Part shown: piece after piece, positions 1 through 10,290 of the stretch | Numbering within the stretch: position 1 is the stretch's first letter | Layout: each line of letters starts with the position of its first letter | Assembly (NCBI GenBank): GCA_048886685.1 | Contig: JBHLKM010000011.1 | Coordinates: forward strand, 15,115 to 79,114 | DNA: 64,000 bases | Direction: 5' to 3' | Source of the DNA: Candidatus Hodarchaeota archaeon | GTDB taxonomy: Archaea; Asgardarchaeota; Lokiarchaeia; Sigyniarchaeales; SOKP01 | Translations under genes and position numbers: made by a program | Notes under the pieces: model-generated | Databases searched by the model: none | What the model was told of the DNA's origin: nothing | Seen by the model: the letters and a program-made list of their open reading frames with translations, nothing else

Positions 1-200
1 TTGAATATGTCCAAGATATTCATGCCTATTTTTGGGATTTAGACAGAATTAATGAAGAGTTAAAAAGGATTATGATTGAAGCTTTTGAAGATGTATATAA
101 AGTTTATAAAGAAAGAAAGATACCGCTTCGAACTGCAGCTTACATTATCGCTGTTTCTCGGATAGCTAAAGCTTTTGATTTAAGAGGTATTTTCCCATAA
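1..200 (+). CDS. gdhA: Glu/Leu/Phe/Val dehydrogenase (glutamate dehydrogenase), 3' end only
   Basis: Frame from nt 3 reads EYVQDIHAYFWDLDRINEELKRIMIEAFEDVYK...LRTAAYIIAVSRIAKAFDLRGIFP*, a typical GDH C-terminus. Not in the ORF track. Confidence 0.85.
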   Translation, partial: EYVQDIHAYFWDLDRINEELKRIMIEAFEDVYKVYKERKIPLRTAAYIIAVSRIAKAFDLRGIFP

Positions 201-260
201 TTTTCTTTATTTCTAATTATTTATCCGATTATATATTATTTTTAACTTTTGTTATGAAAT

Positions 261-1532
261 ATGACTGATATTAAACCTGTAGCAACAGAATTTTTTTCTA
301 AATTTAATCAAAATGCTTGTACTTTATGTGGAGATTGTTTTATTAAATGTCCCGTGATGAAACTTTCTAAAGAAGAATCGATTAAAGAAATTAAAAGACT
401 GATTGAAGGAGAGAAAACCAACAGGGTTTTAAATGAATGTCAAAGTTGCTTTTCATGCAATTTCTATTGTCCTGAAAATGCTCATCCCACAAGTTTGGTT
501 TTACAAAGGTGGAATGAGCAATATAAAAATAAAGGTTTGAGAAAAAGAGGAAAATATTACATGACTCTCTATCCCCATTATCCAAATTTTCGATCTTATG
601 TTATGGAACACCTTCCAAAGAAAACAAAAGAATTGGTTAGAAAATGGGCGTCATTGGAACCATTAGAGAATGACACATTAACTTATCCTGGATGCAATAT
701 TATTACATTCGCAGAATTAACTCAAACAAGTTTATTCAAAGATTTAGATATAAGAGGACGCCTTGAATATTGTTGTGGAGAGACCTTATTCCGTACAGGA
801 TATCGAGATGAATTATTTCAAGTAACAAAAAGATTAGATAAGTGGTTTAAAACCTTGAATCCAAAAAAACTATTAATCTTATGTACAGCTGGGACTAATG
901 TGTTTAAAAATGTTCTTCCTCAATATGGTCTTACTTACAAGTTTGATGAGATTAAATCTTATATTCAATATCTTTGGGAAAAAATTGAAAATGGTCAAAT
1001 CCAAATTATAAATCAAATTAATATGTCTGTAGCGGTTCAAGATTCTTGTTATGCTAAAATGTTTGGAGAAGAATACATGGATTTACCAAGGAAAATTCTG
1101 AATGCTATTGGTATTAAAATAGTAGAAATTGAAGCATGCAGAGAAAATATGAGGTGCTGTGGAATAGGAGCTGGGTTTTCAGTAGATTCTTCTTATCAAC
1201 CATTTAAAATAAGATCAGCAGCTCTCAGGAATTTTAAAGAGTTTAAAAAGTCTAAAGCTGATGCTGTTTGTGTTTATTGTGCTGGTTGCTTAGCAACCTT
1301 TAGCGCAAATAAAAAATTATATGCAAAGAAGCTAAAAGTGTATCATATAATTGAACTATTACAATTAGCAATTGGAGAAAAACCTTCACTTACAAAACGA
1401 GTAAAGAAAAACCGAGCAAAACACTTCTTTTGGGGAACTATATGGAAACAGGTACCAAAAATATTTTCTAAAAAAACATTTAAATTAGCTGATATTCCTG
1501 AAGATCCACCTAAATATGGAGATGCTTGGTAA
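261..1532 (+). CDS. Fe-S oxidoreductase, HdrD/GlpC-like (2x[4Fe-4S] plus CCG domains)
   Basis: Two CxxCxxCxxxCP motifs, then PGC..YCCG and QDSC..CCG..CAGC CCG-domain motifs. Confidence 0.85.
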   Translation: MTDIKPVATEFFSKFNQNACTLCGDCFIKCPVMKLSKEESIKEIKRLIEGEKTNRVLNECQSCFSCNFYCPENAHPTSLVLQRWNEQYKNKGLRKRGKYYMTLYPHYPNFRSYVMEHLPKKTKELVRKWASLEPLENDTLTYPGCNIITFAELTQTSLFKDLDIRGRLEYCCGETLFRTGYRDELFQVTKRLDKWFKTLNPKKLLILCTAGTNVFKNVLPQYGLTYKFDEIKSYIQYLWEKIENGQIQIINQINMSVAVQDSCYAKMFGEEYMDLPRKILNAIGIKIVEIEACRENMRCCGIGAGFSVDSSYQPFKIRSAALRNFKEFKKSKADAVCVYCAGCLATFSANKKLYAKKLKVYHIIELLQLAIGEKPSLTKRVKKNRAKHFFWGTIWKQVPKIFSKKTFKLADIPEDPPKYGDAW

Positions 1533-2896
1533 AAATGGTGACAGGTAATCGAATCTCCGGTTTTAAAAAGGAGTTATGTAATTTATGCGGTCAGTGTTTT
1601 CATTTATGTCCTGTATTACAATTATCTTTAGAAGAATCAAAAGAGGAAGTTGAAAGATTAATTAAGGGTGAAAATTCCAAGTATGTACTTTCTAAATGTA
1701 ATACATGTTTTTCATGCAATTTATACTGTCCGCAAAATGCTAATCCATATCAGTTGATACTTGAGAATTGGAATAATTTATATAAAAAACGAGGAGCGCC
1801 TCCATTATATAAGTTTGTTTGTCCAACAGAAACCCCTAATATCTGGCAATTGCTCAATATCTTCCTATCTGAAAAAGAAAAGAAGTGGATTTTTGATTGG
1901 ATGAACTACTCTCCTAAACCCGAAGATTCAATACTGATAATCGGAAATTATACTCATCTATTTCCTTTTATAATTGGAGGAAGTAAATTATTAGATTTTT
2001 TTAAACCAATTGATCTAATCGATCATTGGGAGGGTGGTGCATATTTATACCAAGTGGGATACTTAGATCTTGTACAAATAATCGCTAGAAAATGCAAAAT
2101 TGATTTTGATCAATGGGATGTCAAAAATATTGGCCATACATTAGATGCCGTTCAATATATCTTTTCAGAAGTACATCCAAAAGAAATGGGAATCAACTAT
2201 AATCGAAATTTTATTAATTTTAATGATTGGATCTTAAATAGCCTGAAATCTGGTGATATTCAGATTATTAATAAATTACATTTTAGTGCTACTATTCATG
2301 ACAATTGTTATTCAAAAACTTTAAATGGAATTTATTGGGATCCACCAAGAAGAATCTTAGAATTGTGCGGGTGTGAAATTAAAGAAATGGAACACATTAA
2401 AAGAGATTCTCTCTGTTGTGGTTTTGGAGCAGGAGCTTCTTGGGTACGAAATATATCGATTCCATTTGATATTATTTCAGAAGGATGCAAAAAATTTAAA
2501 GAAGCAGAAGAAACAGGAGCAAAAGCGTTAATTTCCTATTGTGGAGGGTGTTTATATTTGTTATGGGCAACTCGTGAACTTATAGGGAGTAAAATTGATT
2601 TGTATCATATTATCGAAGTTGTAAGAATGGCTATGGGAGAACAATTACAATATCCAGAAATCCATATAAAACGAGCTTGGGATATAATTTCAATTATTAC
2701 CTACCAATTAATAATTTCAATGCTACAAAACAATTTTTTTATAAAACGGATTAGTTATGATATAAAAAGGAGTACTTTCAAACCAAAACGTTATTATTTA
2801 CTGAAATTAATTAGAACTTCATTCAAGAGCCAATTTGTCAAAAAGATTTTTAGAAAATTTTTTCTATTACAAATGAGGATTTTGAAAACAAGGTAA
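1526..2896 (+). CDS. Fe-S oxidoreductase, HdrD/GlpC-like paralog (first CCG domain degenerate)
   Basis: Two CxxCxxCxxxCP motifs and HDNC..CCG..CGGC; clearly paralogous to the upstream gene. Confidence 0.85.
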   Translation: MVKMVTGNRISGFKKELCNLCGQCFHLCPVLQLSLEESKEEVERLIKGENSKYVLSKCNTCFSCNLYCPQNANPYQLILENWNNLYKKRGAPPLYKFVCPTETPNIWQLLNIFLSEKEKKWIFDWMNYSPKPEDSILIIGNYTHLFPFIIGGSKLLDFFKPIDLIDHWEGGAYLYQVGYLDLVQIIARKCKIDFDQWDVKNIGHTLDAVQYIFSEVHPKEMGINYNRNFINFNDWILNSLKSGDIQIINKLHFSATIHDNCYSKTLNGIYWDPPRRILELCGCEIKEMEHIKRDSLCCGFGAGASWVRNISIPFDIISEGCKKFKEAEETGAKALISYCGGCLYLLWATRELIGSKIDLYHIIEVVRMAMGEQLQYPEIHIKRAWDIISIITYQLIISMLQNNFFIKRISYDIKRSTFKPKRYYLLKLIRTSFKSQFVKKIFRKFFLLQMRILKTR

Positions 2897-2911
2897 TTTT
2901 AGGAAGTTATA

Positions 2912-3202
2912 GTGAATAGAAAATTAGTAATATTAATCTTAATTGGTATTTTCTATGGTATAATTATTACATTAATATCGGGACTTTTTACTTATCCTAC
3001 TGGAAATTTACTCGGTATCACAAAATGGGGATATCTATTTTATTGGTTAAGTAAAGTTGTTTACCCTGGTTCTACAAAGATCGTTAATTGGTCTAATTTT
3101 ATCATGGATATTTTTATCTGGTCAATTTCTGCTATTCTTGTTATAAAACTATTTGAATTTCTAATAAAATACTTTAATACTCGTAAAAAATCGAAAGTAT
3201 AA
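2912..3202 (+). CDS. Small membrane protein
   Basis: 96 aa with two to three hydrophobic segments and a basic tail; GTG start. Confidence 0.6.
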   Translation: MNRKLVILILIGIFYGIIITLISGLFTYPTGNLLGITKWGYLFYWLSKVVYPGSTKIVNWSNFIMDIFIWSISAILVIKLFEFLIKYFNTRKKSKV

Positions 3203-3227
3203 CATGGAAAAAAAAAGATTAATTTTA

Positions 3228-4316
3228 TTACGTACTCGTACCATCAACATCAATACTTCCTGTACCTGTTGTTAAGCTTAAAGTATATGAGCTTGTTGCT
3301 GTTCCATAATCAATAGATTGAAAAGGATTATCTCCTGTCGAACCAAATCCGCCTCCACTACTAGATCGTAAATAACTACCTGTAGACCAACTTCCGAAGA
3401 AACTAGCACCAACGTTAGATTGGTTATCCTTGTAAGTTAGATCTATACTACCTGTTGATGTTTTCAACGAGCCAGTAATATCGGCCCCCATATCAATATA
3501 TTGTAAAATTTCTACATTAATGCTTCCTGTTGATGTCTCAAAATCCCACTGGCTGTTCTGTGTATAAATCATATTATAGCTCTTTATTGAAATACTCCCT
3601 GTTGAGACTGTGCCAGTTAAATCATCTCCTATAACACAGTCTGTAAAGTTTAACAATAAGGATCCTGTTGATGTATATGCATATAAACCTTGGGTAAAAT
3701 TGACTTTTTTAGCATATAACACAATACTTCCTGTACTTGATTTCATATCTAGAATGCCATCAAATACACAGTTATCATCACTTTCTAGCAATATTGAGCC
3801 AGTGGAACAATCTAAGTCTGTATTATTAAGTCTAATATGCTGGGGGATAATCATTCCAACAGATCCTGTATCAGTGTGTGCGACAATATCATAGATTATA
3901 TCAGTTCTAAGTATTACACTTATGTTGATTTTCTGAATAATTGGGAAAAGAAACGATTTTCTATCAAGTGAAAAGGTAGTCACAGGCACACTTTCATTTA
4001 ACCATATAAGTTTAAAAAAATCTGAAAAGGATTTACCCTCTACAAATGCACCCTTAAGTTGAATATCAAGAGCTAACTTAATGTAGTAGTTAGTAGGTGT
4101 TTCGTTATAATTAATTCTTATGCTACCCACATCACTGTGAAAATTAACCTTTTCTATTCCTGATGGAGGAACTCCAGGATCATAATAATATATATTTGAA
4201 TATTCGTAATCACCCCAAGTGACAGCAAATATAATTCCAAAAGTAGCTCCTCCACCAACAATTAAAATAGACGTTATAATTAAAGCTATTTTTAAGTTTT
4301 TTCGCATTTTTACCAT
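3228..4316 (-). CDS. Membrane-anchored beta-solenoid protein, DUF4097/adhesin-like
   Basis: N-terminal TM/signal segment; about 10 repeats of xSTGS[IVLY]. Confidence 0.7.
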   Translation of the reverse strand: MVKMRKNLKIALIITSILIVGGGATFGIIFAVTWGDYEYSNIYYYDPGVPPSGIEKVNFHSDVGSIRINYNETPTNYYIKLALDIQLKGAFVEGKSFSDFFKLIWLNESVPVTTFSLDRKSFLFPIIQKINISVILRTDIIYDIVAHTDTGSVGMIIPQHIRLNNTDLDCSTGSILLESDDNCVFDGILDMKSSTGSIVLYAKKVNFTQGLYAYTSTGSLLLNFTDCVIGDDLTGTVSTGSISIKSYNMIYTQNSQWDFETSTGSINVEILQYIDMGADITGSLKTSTGSIDLTYKDNQSNVGASFFGSWSTGSYLRSSSGGGFGSTGDNPFQSIDYGTATSSYTLSLTTGTGSIDVDGTST

Positions 4317-4433
4317 TTTTAGTACTATTGATTTATAATTAAATTTGATTTATTCTGATTAATATTTAAATGAATTTTAGACTATTCTTTATATTTCTTT
4401 ATAAAAGAGATTAAAAATGAATAATTATTTAAT

Positions 4434-4958
4434 TTATAACTTTTTTATAACTGATTGAGCAAAATTTTTAGCATTCTGTAGATCCTCTTCATTTGGTCTT
4501 CCCTTAAGCCATCGTTGATGTGCTTCAGCTTCTATTCGTTTATCTTCTGGTAACCTATCCAACATAGACTTGCGTATTGCCTCAGGTACGCCGATGTTAT
4601 CACCACAGCAATCAAACTCATCTATAATTTGTGATGATTCGCCAATTTTCGACTTCACTACTTTAAAACCATCTTGATAAGGTTCTTTACTTGCATGAGT
4701 GTTGAAAAATACGAATTTTGGCGGTAATTCTTGAGCAGCAGCTACTAAATCTACGAGTGCTTTATTTACTCTACTTGCATAAATACCAGATCCTAAAAAG
4801 ACTAAATCATAATTCTTCAAATCTAAAGGATCTACTTCTTTAATAGGTTTAAAATCCACATCTTCACTTTGACATCCTTCATAAATACTCTTCGCAATTT
4901 TTTCAGTATTTCCTGTTTGGGAAAAATAAGTTACTAAAATTTTCATAAAATTCACCAA
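4434..4958 (-). CDS. Flavodoxin family protein
   Basis: YFSQTGNTEKIA FMN-phosphate loop; YDLVFLGSGIY. Confidence 0.9.
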   Translation of the reverse strand: MVNFMKILVTYFSQTGNTEKIAKSIYEGCQSEDVDFKPIKEVDPLDLKNYDLVFLGSGIYASRVNKALVDLVAAAQELPPKFVFFNTHASKEPYQDGFKVVKSKIGESSQIIDEFDCCGDNIGVPEAIRKSMLDRLPEDKRIEAEAHQRWLKGRPNEEDLQNAKNFAQSVIKKL

Positions 4959-5016
4959 TTCTATTTAAAACTAATTTCTGTATATAGAGTAATTATTCTC
5001 TAATTTTTTAACATTT

Positions 5017-5925
5017 CTAGTTTTCAAATTTTAAATTGAAAAACCTTCTGGCATTCTCTACTGTTATTTCGCTCACTTTTTTTTGAGGAACATTATGAGA
5101 ATACGCTATAGCCGCAATAGAATATCTCACATTAGAAGGTACGTTTATTGGGCCTCTTTTATAAGGATGTTGATAATAAGCATCTGTTTCTGTTACTAAA
5201 GATTCTAAAGGAGAATTTATAGTAACTCTTCTCCATCTATCAAAACCATAAGCAGAACTTGGAACGGAAATGAGGAAACCCAGATTAGGTAGAGTTCTTC
5301 CATAATTTTCTGGTCCAGAAAAGCAATGCCATAAAACTCTCTTAGGAGAGATATTATAATCTTCTAAAATTTTTAGGATTTCTTTATTAGCACCATCTTT
5401 TTTATTAAACCTATGTTTTGGGTTTTCCCTATCAAATTCATGTTCAGCTGCATTTCTGACATGTAAAACATAAGGTTTATCAAAGTCTCTAGTGAATTCA
5501 ATTATTTGTTTGAGAACATCTATTTGTCTATTCCTTTTTTTCAAAGTCCTTGCATGATGAAAATCTAGACCTATCTCACCTATAGCTAGAAATTCTTCAT
5601 TGTTATTCTTCACAAAATCAATCCATTTTTTCCATTCAGTCTCATATTTATCTTTAGGAGTATAAGTTACTGTTTGGGGTGCCCACCCGCAGGTGAAACC
5701 AAAATTTTGGTATCCATTCTTGATAAAAGCTAGTGTTTGATTAAGTGTATCTATATTTATCGTGCTTGTAATTAAAAATTGTCCCCCCAATTTAAAATAG
5801 GTGATATATTGATCTTTATTGGATGGTAGTTGGTCGTTTTTTGGGCGAGGAAATGGCAGATGACAATGAATATCAATAAACTTTAAGTTATCTTCTGGCT
5901 CAGGTATGAAAACCTTTTTTGGCAT
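5017..5925 (-). CDS. tatD: TatD family metal-dependent nuclease
   Basis: DIHCH, GEIGLD, LHVR, WHCFS and ETD motifs. Confidence 0.88.
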   Translation of the reverse strand: MPKKVFIPEPEDNLKFIDIHCHLPFPRPKNDQLPSNKDQYITYFKLGGQFLITSTINIDTLNQTLAFIKNGYQNFGFTCGWAPQTVTYTPKDKYETEWKKWIDFVKNNNEEFLAIGEIGLDFHHARTLKKRNRQIDVLKQIIEFTRDFDKPYVLHVRNAAEHEFDRENPKHRFNKKDGANKEILKILEDYNISPKRVLWHCFSGPENYGRTLPNLGFLISVPSSAYGFDRWRRVTINSPLESLVTETDAYYQHPYKRGPINVPSNVRYSIAAIAYSHNVPQKKVSEITVENARRFFNLKFEN

Positions 5926-6104
5926 ACAAATCTTAATAATTTTTCAGATGGTTTGATTATTTGAAATAATGCTAAAGATATATTTTTTATTTTTAAACAC
6001 ATATTGATTAAAAATTAGCTTTAGCCAATTTTCTATTTAAATCAAAATAGATATTACCTAGATAATACTCAGATAAATATGTTTCTTGGATCTCATGGAA
6101 TATA

Positions 6105-6272
6105 ATGAATATAGAAGGTAACCATAGAATGGAACTTTTTGAAGAAGAAGTTGAAATTTATAATTCAAAACTAAGGCTCATGTCTTGGCTTTATGATGAA
6201 TTAAGGTTCCAACCTGATATTTTGAAAGATATAATTAATGAAAGAGGTCAAAAGTTACCACTTAATCTTTAA
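6105..6272 (+). CDS. Putative 55-aa small protein
   Basis: Open frame MNIEGNHRMELFEEEVEIYNSKLRLMSWLYDELRFQPDILKDIINERGQKLPLNL fills the gap between tatD and pcp; below the ORF-track cutoff. Confidence 0.4.
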   Translation: MNIEGNHRMELFEEEVEIYNSKLRLMSWLYDELRFQPDILKDIINERGQKLPLNL

Positions 6273-6282
6273 ATATTATTAA

Positions 6283-6834
6283 TTAGAGAATTGTCATTAT
6301 AGTTTTAATGATCATTCTTATAGTTTCTATACCTTTACTTAGATTCTCATGATGGGGAATATGAATAAAAAGAACAGGATATTTATTATCTGAAAGCGAA
6401 AGAGCCCAATAGTAAATGTAATTGCATAAATACCAACCCGCAAAATTTGATAGCTTAATTTTCATTTTATTCCTTACTAACGAACAAAGTAGCTTTAGAT
6501 TTAATTTGGTTTTAAACCATAAGCGTGCATTATATCTAATAATGCCGATTTTAATTTGGTTTTCAATATCCAGTCCTAGCGCAATGTTCCAGCTAAATCT
6601 TTCAAGATGATAGTATTTGTTTGAATGTATTCCTAATAAAATGACAATTCTTGGTTTTTTTGATAATCCGTTTAATATGTCTTTATATAATTTAATGCTA
6701 AATTTCCAACTAACTGGTAATATTTCTTTTCTGATTTCTATATCCATATCTTTAATTTCAAGACTTTGAACAATCAAACTGCTAATATTTTCTTTATAAT
6801 TACCATATGGACCAAAACCGGTTAGCAGTATCAC
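6283..6834 (-). CDS. pcp: Pyroglutamyl peptidase I (C15)
   Basis: ILLTGFGPY N-terminus; catalytic Glu (LERF), Cys (AGWYLCNY) and His (FIHIP). Confidence 0.88.
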   Translation of the reverse strand: MILLTGFGPYGNYKENISSLIVQSLEIKDMDIEIRKEILPVSWKFSIKLYKDILNGLSKKPRIVILLGIHSNKYYHLERFSWNIALGLDIENQIKIGIIRYNARLWFKTKLNLKLLCSLVRNKMKIKLSNFAGWYLCNYIYYWALSLSDNKYPVLFIHIPHHENLSKGIETIRMIIKTIMTIL

Positions 6835-6940
6835 TCCAAATACCTTAGATTTCGATTAGCTATAAGAATATATTTTTTAGTTATTTAAAAAAAAAAGCAA
6901 AAAAATTACATAAAAAAATAATAAGAAAGATACTGATGAT

Positions 6941-7369
6941 TTAATCTTCTGCTTGCTCAACTGCTTGTTTAGCTTTTTCTTTTTCCAAAGCGAGTAATTG
7001 CTTCTGTAGAGCTTTAATTTCTGTTTGAACCTCTTTAATTTGGCCCTTTTTCTCGGTTTCAATTTCTTTTAACTTTTCATTAAGGGCTTTTTCTTTTTCC
7101 TTTTTTAGATTTACGAGTACTTTATTAGCATCTTTCGCGGCGGCAATCTTTTCTTTCTTTTTTTGAGTCCATTCTTCCGATTTTTGAATCGCTTCATCTC
7201 TCAAACCTTCTTCTTCCTCTACTTTTGTGTTCGCTGTTTCTATTTTTGGATCAAATTCTTCTTCAATTTCTGCTTCTGCTGAAGCGTCTTTTTTTGAGGC
7301 TTCTTCTTCAATTCGCGTGATCTCATCTTCCTTCGCGCTGATTTGACCTCTTATATACTCTTCTGACAT
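6941..7369 (-). CDS. Highly charged coiled-coil protein
   Basis: 142 aa, E/K/A-rich, nearly all helical. Confidence 0.7.
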   Translation of the reverse strand: MSEEYIRGQISAKEDEITRIEEEASKKDASAEAEIEEEFDPKIETANTKVEEEEGLRDEAIQKSEEWTQKKKEKIAAAKDANKVLVNLKKEKEKALNEKLKEIETEKKGQIKEVQTEIKALQKQLLALEKEKAKQAVEQAED

Positions 7370-7542
7370 TTTATTTCATTTTAATATGATTTATTGAATT
7401 ATAATATTTATAGATAATTTTGTTAGTAATTCAATTCTAATAAATTATTGGTTAGTTATTGTAGGAACAACCTTTTTCTTAAATTAAGATTTAAAATAAT
7501 ATGATAGTTACTATAAAAATAAATTTAAGTTGATAGTAAAAA

Positions 7543-9468
7543 ATGGGGAAAACATTAACTGAAAAAATAATAGAACAACATTTAATTGAAGGGAAATTAG
7601 AAAAAGGCATTGATATCGCAATAAAAATTGATCAAACGTTAACTCAGGATGCAACAGGCACTATGGCTTATTTACAATTTGAAGCAATTGGTATTGATCG
7701 TGTGCAGACAGAATTATCCGTAAGTTACGTTGATCATAATACTTTACAGACAGATTTTAAGAATCCAGACGATCATAGATATCTGCAAAGCATTGCAGCT
7801 AAATACGGTCTTTACTTTTCACGTCCTGGAAATGGTATTTGCCATCAAGTTCATCTGGAGAGATTTGCAAGACCAGGGAAAACATTATTAGGAAGTGACA
7901 GTCATACTCCAACAGGAGGGGGAGTAGGATCAATTGCAATTGGAGCAGGAGGTCTTGATGTAGCTGCTGCTATGGCAGGTGAAGCATTCCGACTAAAAAT
8001 GCCAAATGTTGTTAATGTATATCTTACAGGTAAATTACCTGACTATGTGTCAGCAAAAGATATTATTCTTGAAGTTTTGCGAAGGATTGGTGTTAAAGGA
8101 GCAATAAATAAAGTTTTAGAATATACTGGTCCCGGAATAAAAACTTTGACTGTCCCAGAACGAGGGACAATTACAAATATGGGAACTGAAACTGGTGCAA
8201 CCACTTCTATTTTTCCCTCTGATGAAATTACTAAGGAATTTTTAGAAGCTCAAGAACGAGGAGATCAATGGGTATCATTAGTTCCTGATGAGAATGCTAT
8301 ATATGATGAGAGAATAGAGATAAATTTAAGCGATCTTGAACCTCTTGTTGCTGAACCTCATAGTCCTGGCAATGTAAAAACTGTGAAAGAAATTGAAGGT
8401 TTAGTTGTTGATCAGGTGTGTGTTGGATCTTGTACAAATTCCTCGTTGCGCGATTTAAAAGTAGTCGCCAATATTATGAAGGGAAAAACCATTAGTCAAA
8501 ACACAGTTCTTACAGTTTCGCCGGGCTCTCGACAAGTAGTTGATCATATGATAAAATCAGGTGAAATGGGCTATTTGGTTGAATCTGGAGCAAGAATATT
8601 AGAAAATGCATGTGGCCCTTGTATAGGTATGGGTTTAGCTCCTAAAAGCGATGCTGTAACATTAAGGACATTTAATCGAAACTTTTTGGGGAGATCAGGA
8701 ACCAGAAGTGCTCAAGCATATCTTGTGAGCCCTGAAACTGCTGCTGCCTCGGCTCTTACCGGAAAATTAACAGATCCAAGATCATTAGGGAAATTTCCTA
8801 AATTAAATATGCCTAAGAAGTTTATAGTAAACGATAATATGATTATTCCTCCTTTATCACCTGAGGAAGCCAAGGATTTGAAAATTGTAAGAGGTCCTAA
8901 TATCAAACCATTACCCAAGTTTAACCCTTTACCAGATCGGTTAGAAGGCGTGGTTTTACTTAAAGTTGAAGATGATATTACTACAGATCATATAATGCCA
9001 GCTGGGGCTAAAATATTACCTTTAAGGAGTAATATTCCAGAAATTAGTAAGTTTGTATTCAACGTTGTAGATGAATCATTTCATGATAGATCGCTAGAAA
9101 GCAATGGGGGTTTTGTTGTTGGTGGTGAAAATTATGGCCAGGGTTCAAGTAGAGAACATGCTGCTATCGCACCAAAATATCTCGGTCTTAAAGCTGTAAT
9201 AGTTAAATCTTTCGCTCGTATTCATTTAGCTAACCTCGTAAATTTTGGAATTGTTCCTTTAACATTCGTAAATAAAGATGATTATAATGGCATTGAACAA
9301 GGAGATACTATTGAAATAGACTTAACAACTTTACAAACTGGAGAGGTACTACTGAAGAATCTGAGCAAAAATAGTGAAATTACATTGACTCATTCCTTAA
9401 GCGAAACTGAAATTGAAGTTTTAAAAGCTGGTGGTAAATTACCTCATATTAAACAAAAACATGTATAA
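7543..9468 (+). CDS. acn: Aconitate hydratase (short ~640-aa type)
   Basis: QDATG, DHN, GICHQ, DSHT, GSCTN, CGPCIG, NRNF, TTDHI and GSSRE motifs. Confidence 0.92.
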   Translation: MGKTLTEKIIEQHLIEGKLEKGIDIAIKIDQTLTQDATGTMAYLQFEAIGIDRVQTELSVSYVDHNTLQTDFKNPDDHRYLQSIAAKYGLYFSRPGNGICHQVHLERFARPGKTLLGSDSHTPTGGGVGSIAIGAGGLDVAAAMAGEAFRLKMPNVVNVYLTGKLPDYVSAKDIILEVLRRIGVKGAINKVLEYTGPGIKTLTVPERGTITNMGTETGATTSIFPSDEITKEFLEAQERGDQWVSLVPDENAIYDERIEINLSDLEPLVAEPHSPGNVKTVKEIEGLVVDQVCVGSCTNSSLRDLKVVANIMKGKTISQNTVLTVSPGSRQVVDHMIKSGEMGYLVESGARILENACGPCIGMGLAPKSDAVTLRTFNRNFLGRSGTRSAQAYLVSPETAAASALTGKLTDPRSLGKFPKLNMPKKFIVNDNMIIPPLSPEEAKDLKIVRGPNIKPLPKFNPLPDRLEGVVLLKVEDDITTDHIMPAGAKILPLRSNIPEISKFVFNVVDESFHDRSLESNGGFVVGGENYGQGSSREHAAIAPKYLGLKAVIVKSFARIHLANLVNFGIVPLTFVNKDDYNGIEQGDTIEIDLTTLQTGEVLLKNLSKNSEITLTHSLSETEIEVLKAGGKLPHIKQKHV

Positions 9469-9479
9469 TAAGCCAAAAA

Positions 9480-9501
9480 TTTTTTTTTGTCTTTTTTTTT
9501 T
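9480..9501 (+). terminator. Oligo-T tract, probable archaeal intrinsic terminator
   Basis: Two long T runs starting 12 nt after the aconitase stop. Confidence 0.5.
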
Positions 9502-9507
9502 ATTTAA

Positions 9508-10278
9508 TTGAGTTCTATGGTAGAGGATGGATATTTAATTGACCCAAAGAAAAGGTTTTCTTCAAGAGTAGAAAATTATATCAAATATAGGCCTGACTAT
9601 CCCCCTATAATTATAGAGTTTCTAATTAAAAATAATATATTATCAAATAAGTCTATTATTGCTGATATAGGTTCTGGTACCGGTATTTTAAGTAAATATT
9701 TCTTGAATAATGGGAATAAGGTTTATGGAATAGAACCTAATAATGATATGAGAAACGCTGCGGAAAATCTTTTAAAAAATTATCCAGATTTTATAAGTAT
9801 TGATGGTTCAGCTGAAAAAACAGGATTAAAAAATGGGAGTATTGATTTAATTACTGCAGGGCAAGCCTTTCACTGGTTTAATGTAAAACAAGCAAAAAAA
9901 GAGTTTAAAAGGATTCTTAAGCCAAATGGATACGTAGCATTAATTTGGAATAATCGAAGAAAAACGGGTAAAGGCTTTTCAAGTCATTATGAAGAATTTA
10001 TTTTGAAATATGGAACAGATTATAAGCAGGTAAGAAAAACGGAGAAAAATGTAGATGAATTTTTTCAATATAAAAAATCGGTTTTTTATAATTATCAAGA
10101 TCTAGATTTTAATGGTTTAAAGGGACGTTTATTATCTGTTTCTTATATTCCATTAGAAGGAGGTCCGAATTACGAGAAAATGCTTGATGAATTAAAGATG
10201 ATTTTTGAGGAAAACATGAAGAATGGGAGAGTAAGGATTGAATATGATACAGAAATATATTATGGTAAGTTAAATTAA
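9508..10278 (+). CDS. Class I SAM-dependent methyltransferase
   Basis: IADIGSGTG motif I; AGQAFHWF; LKPNG. Confidence 0.88.
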   Translation: MSSMVEDGYLIDPKKRFSSRVENYIKYRPDYPPIIIEFLIKNNILSNKSIIADIGSGTGILSKYFLNNGNKVYGIEPNNDMRNAAENLLKNYPDFISIDGSAEKTGLKNGSIDLITAGQAFHWFNVKQAKKEFKRILKPNGYVALIWNNRRKTGKGFSSHYEEFILKYGTDYKQVRKTEKNVDEFFQYKKSVFYNYQDLDFNGLKGRLLSVSYIPLEGGPNYEKMLDELKMIFEENMKNGRVRIEYDTEIYYGKLN

Positions 10279-10290
10279 TTTAGTATCTAT

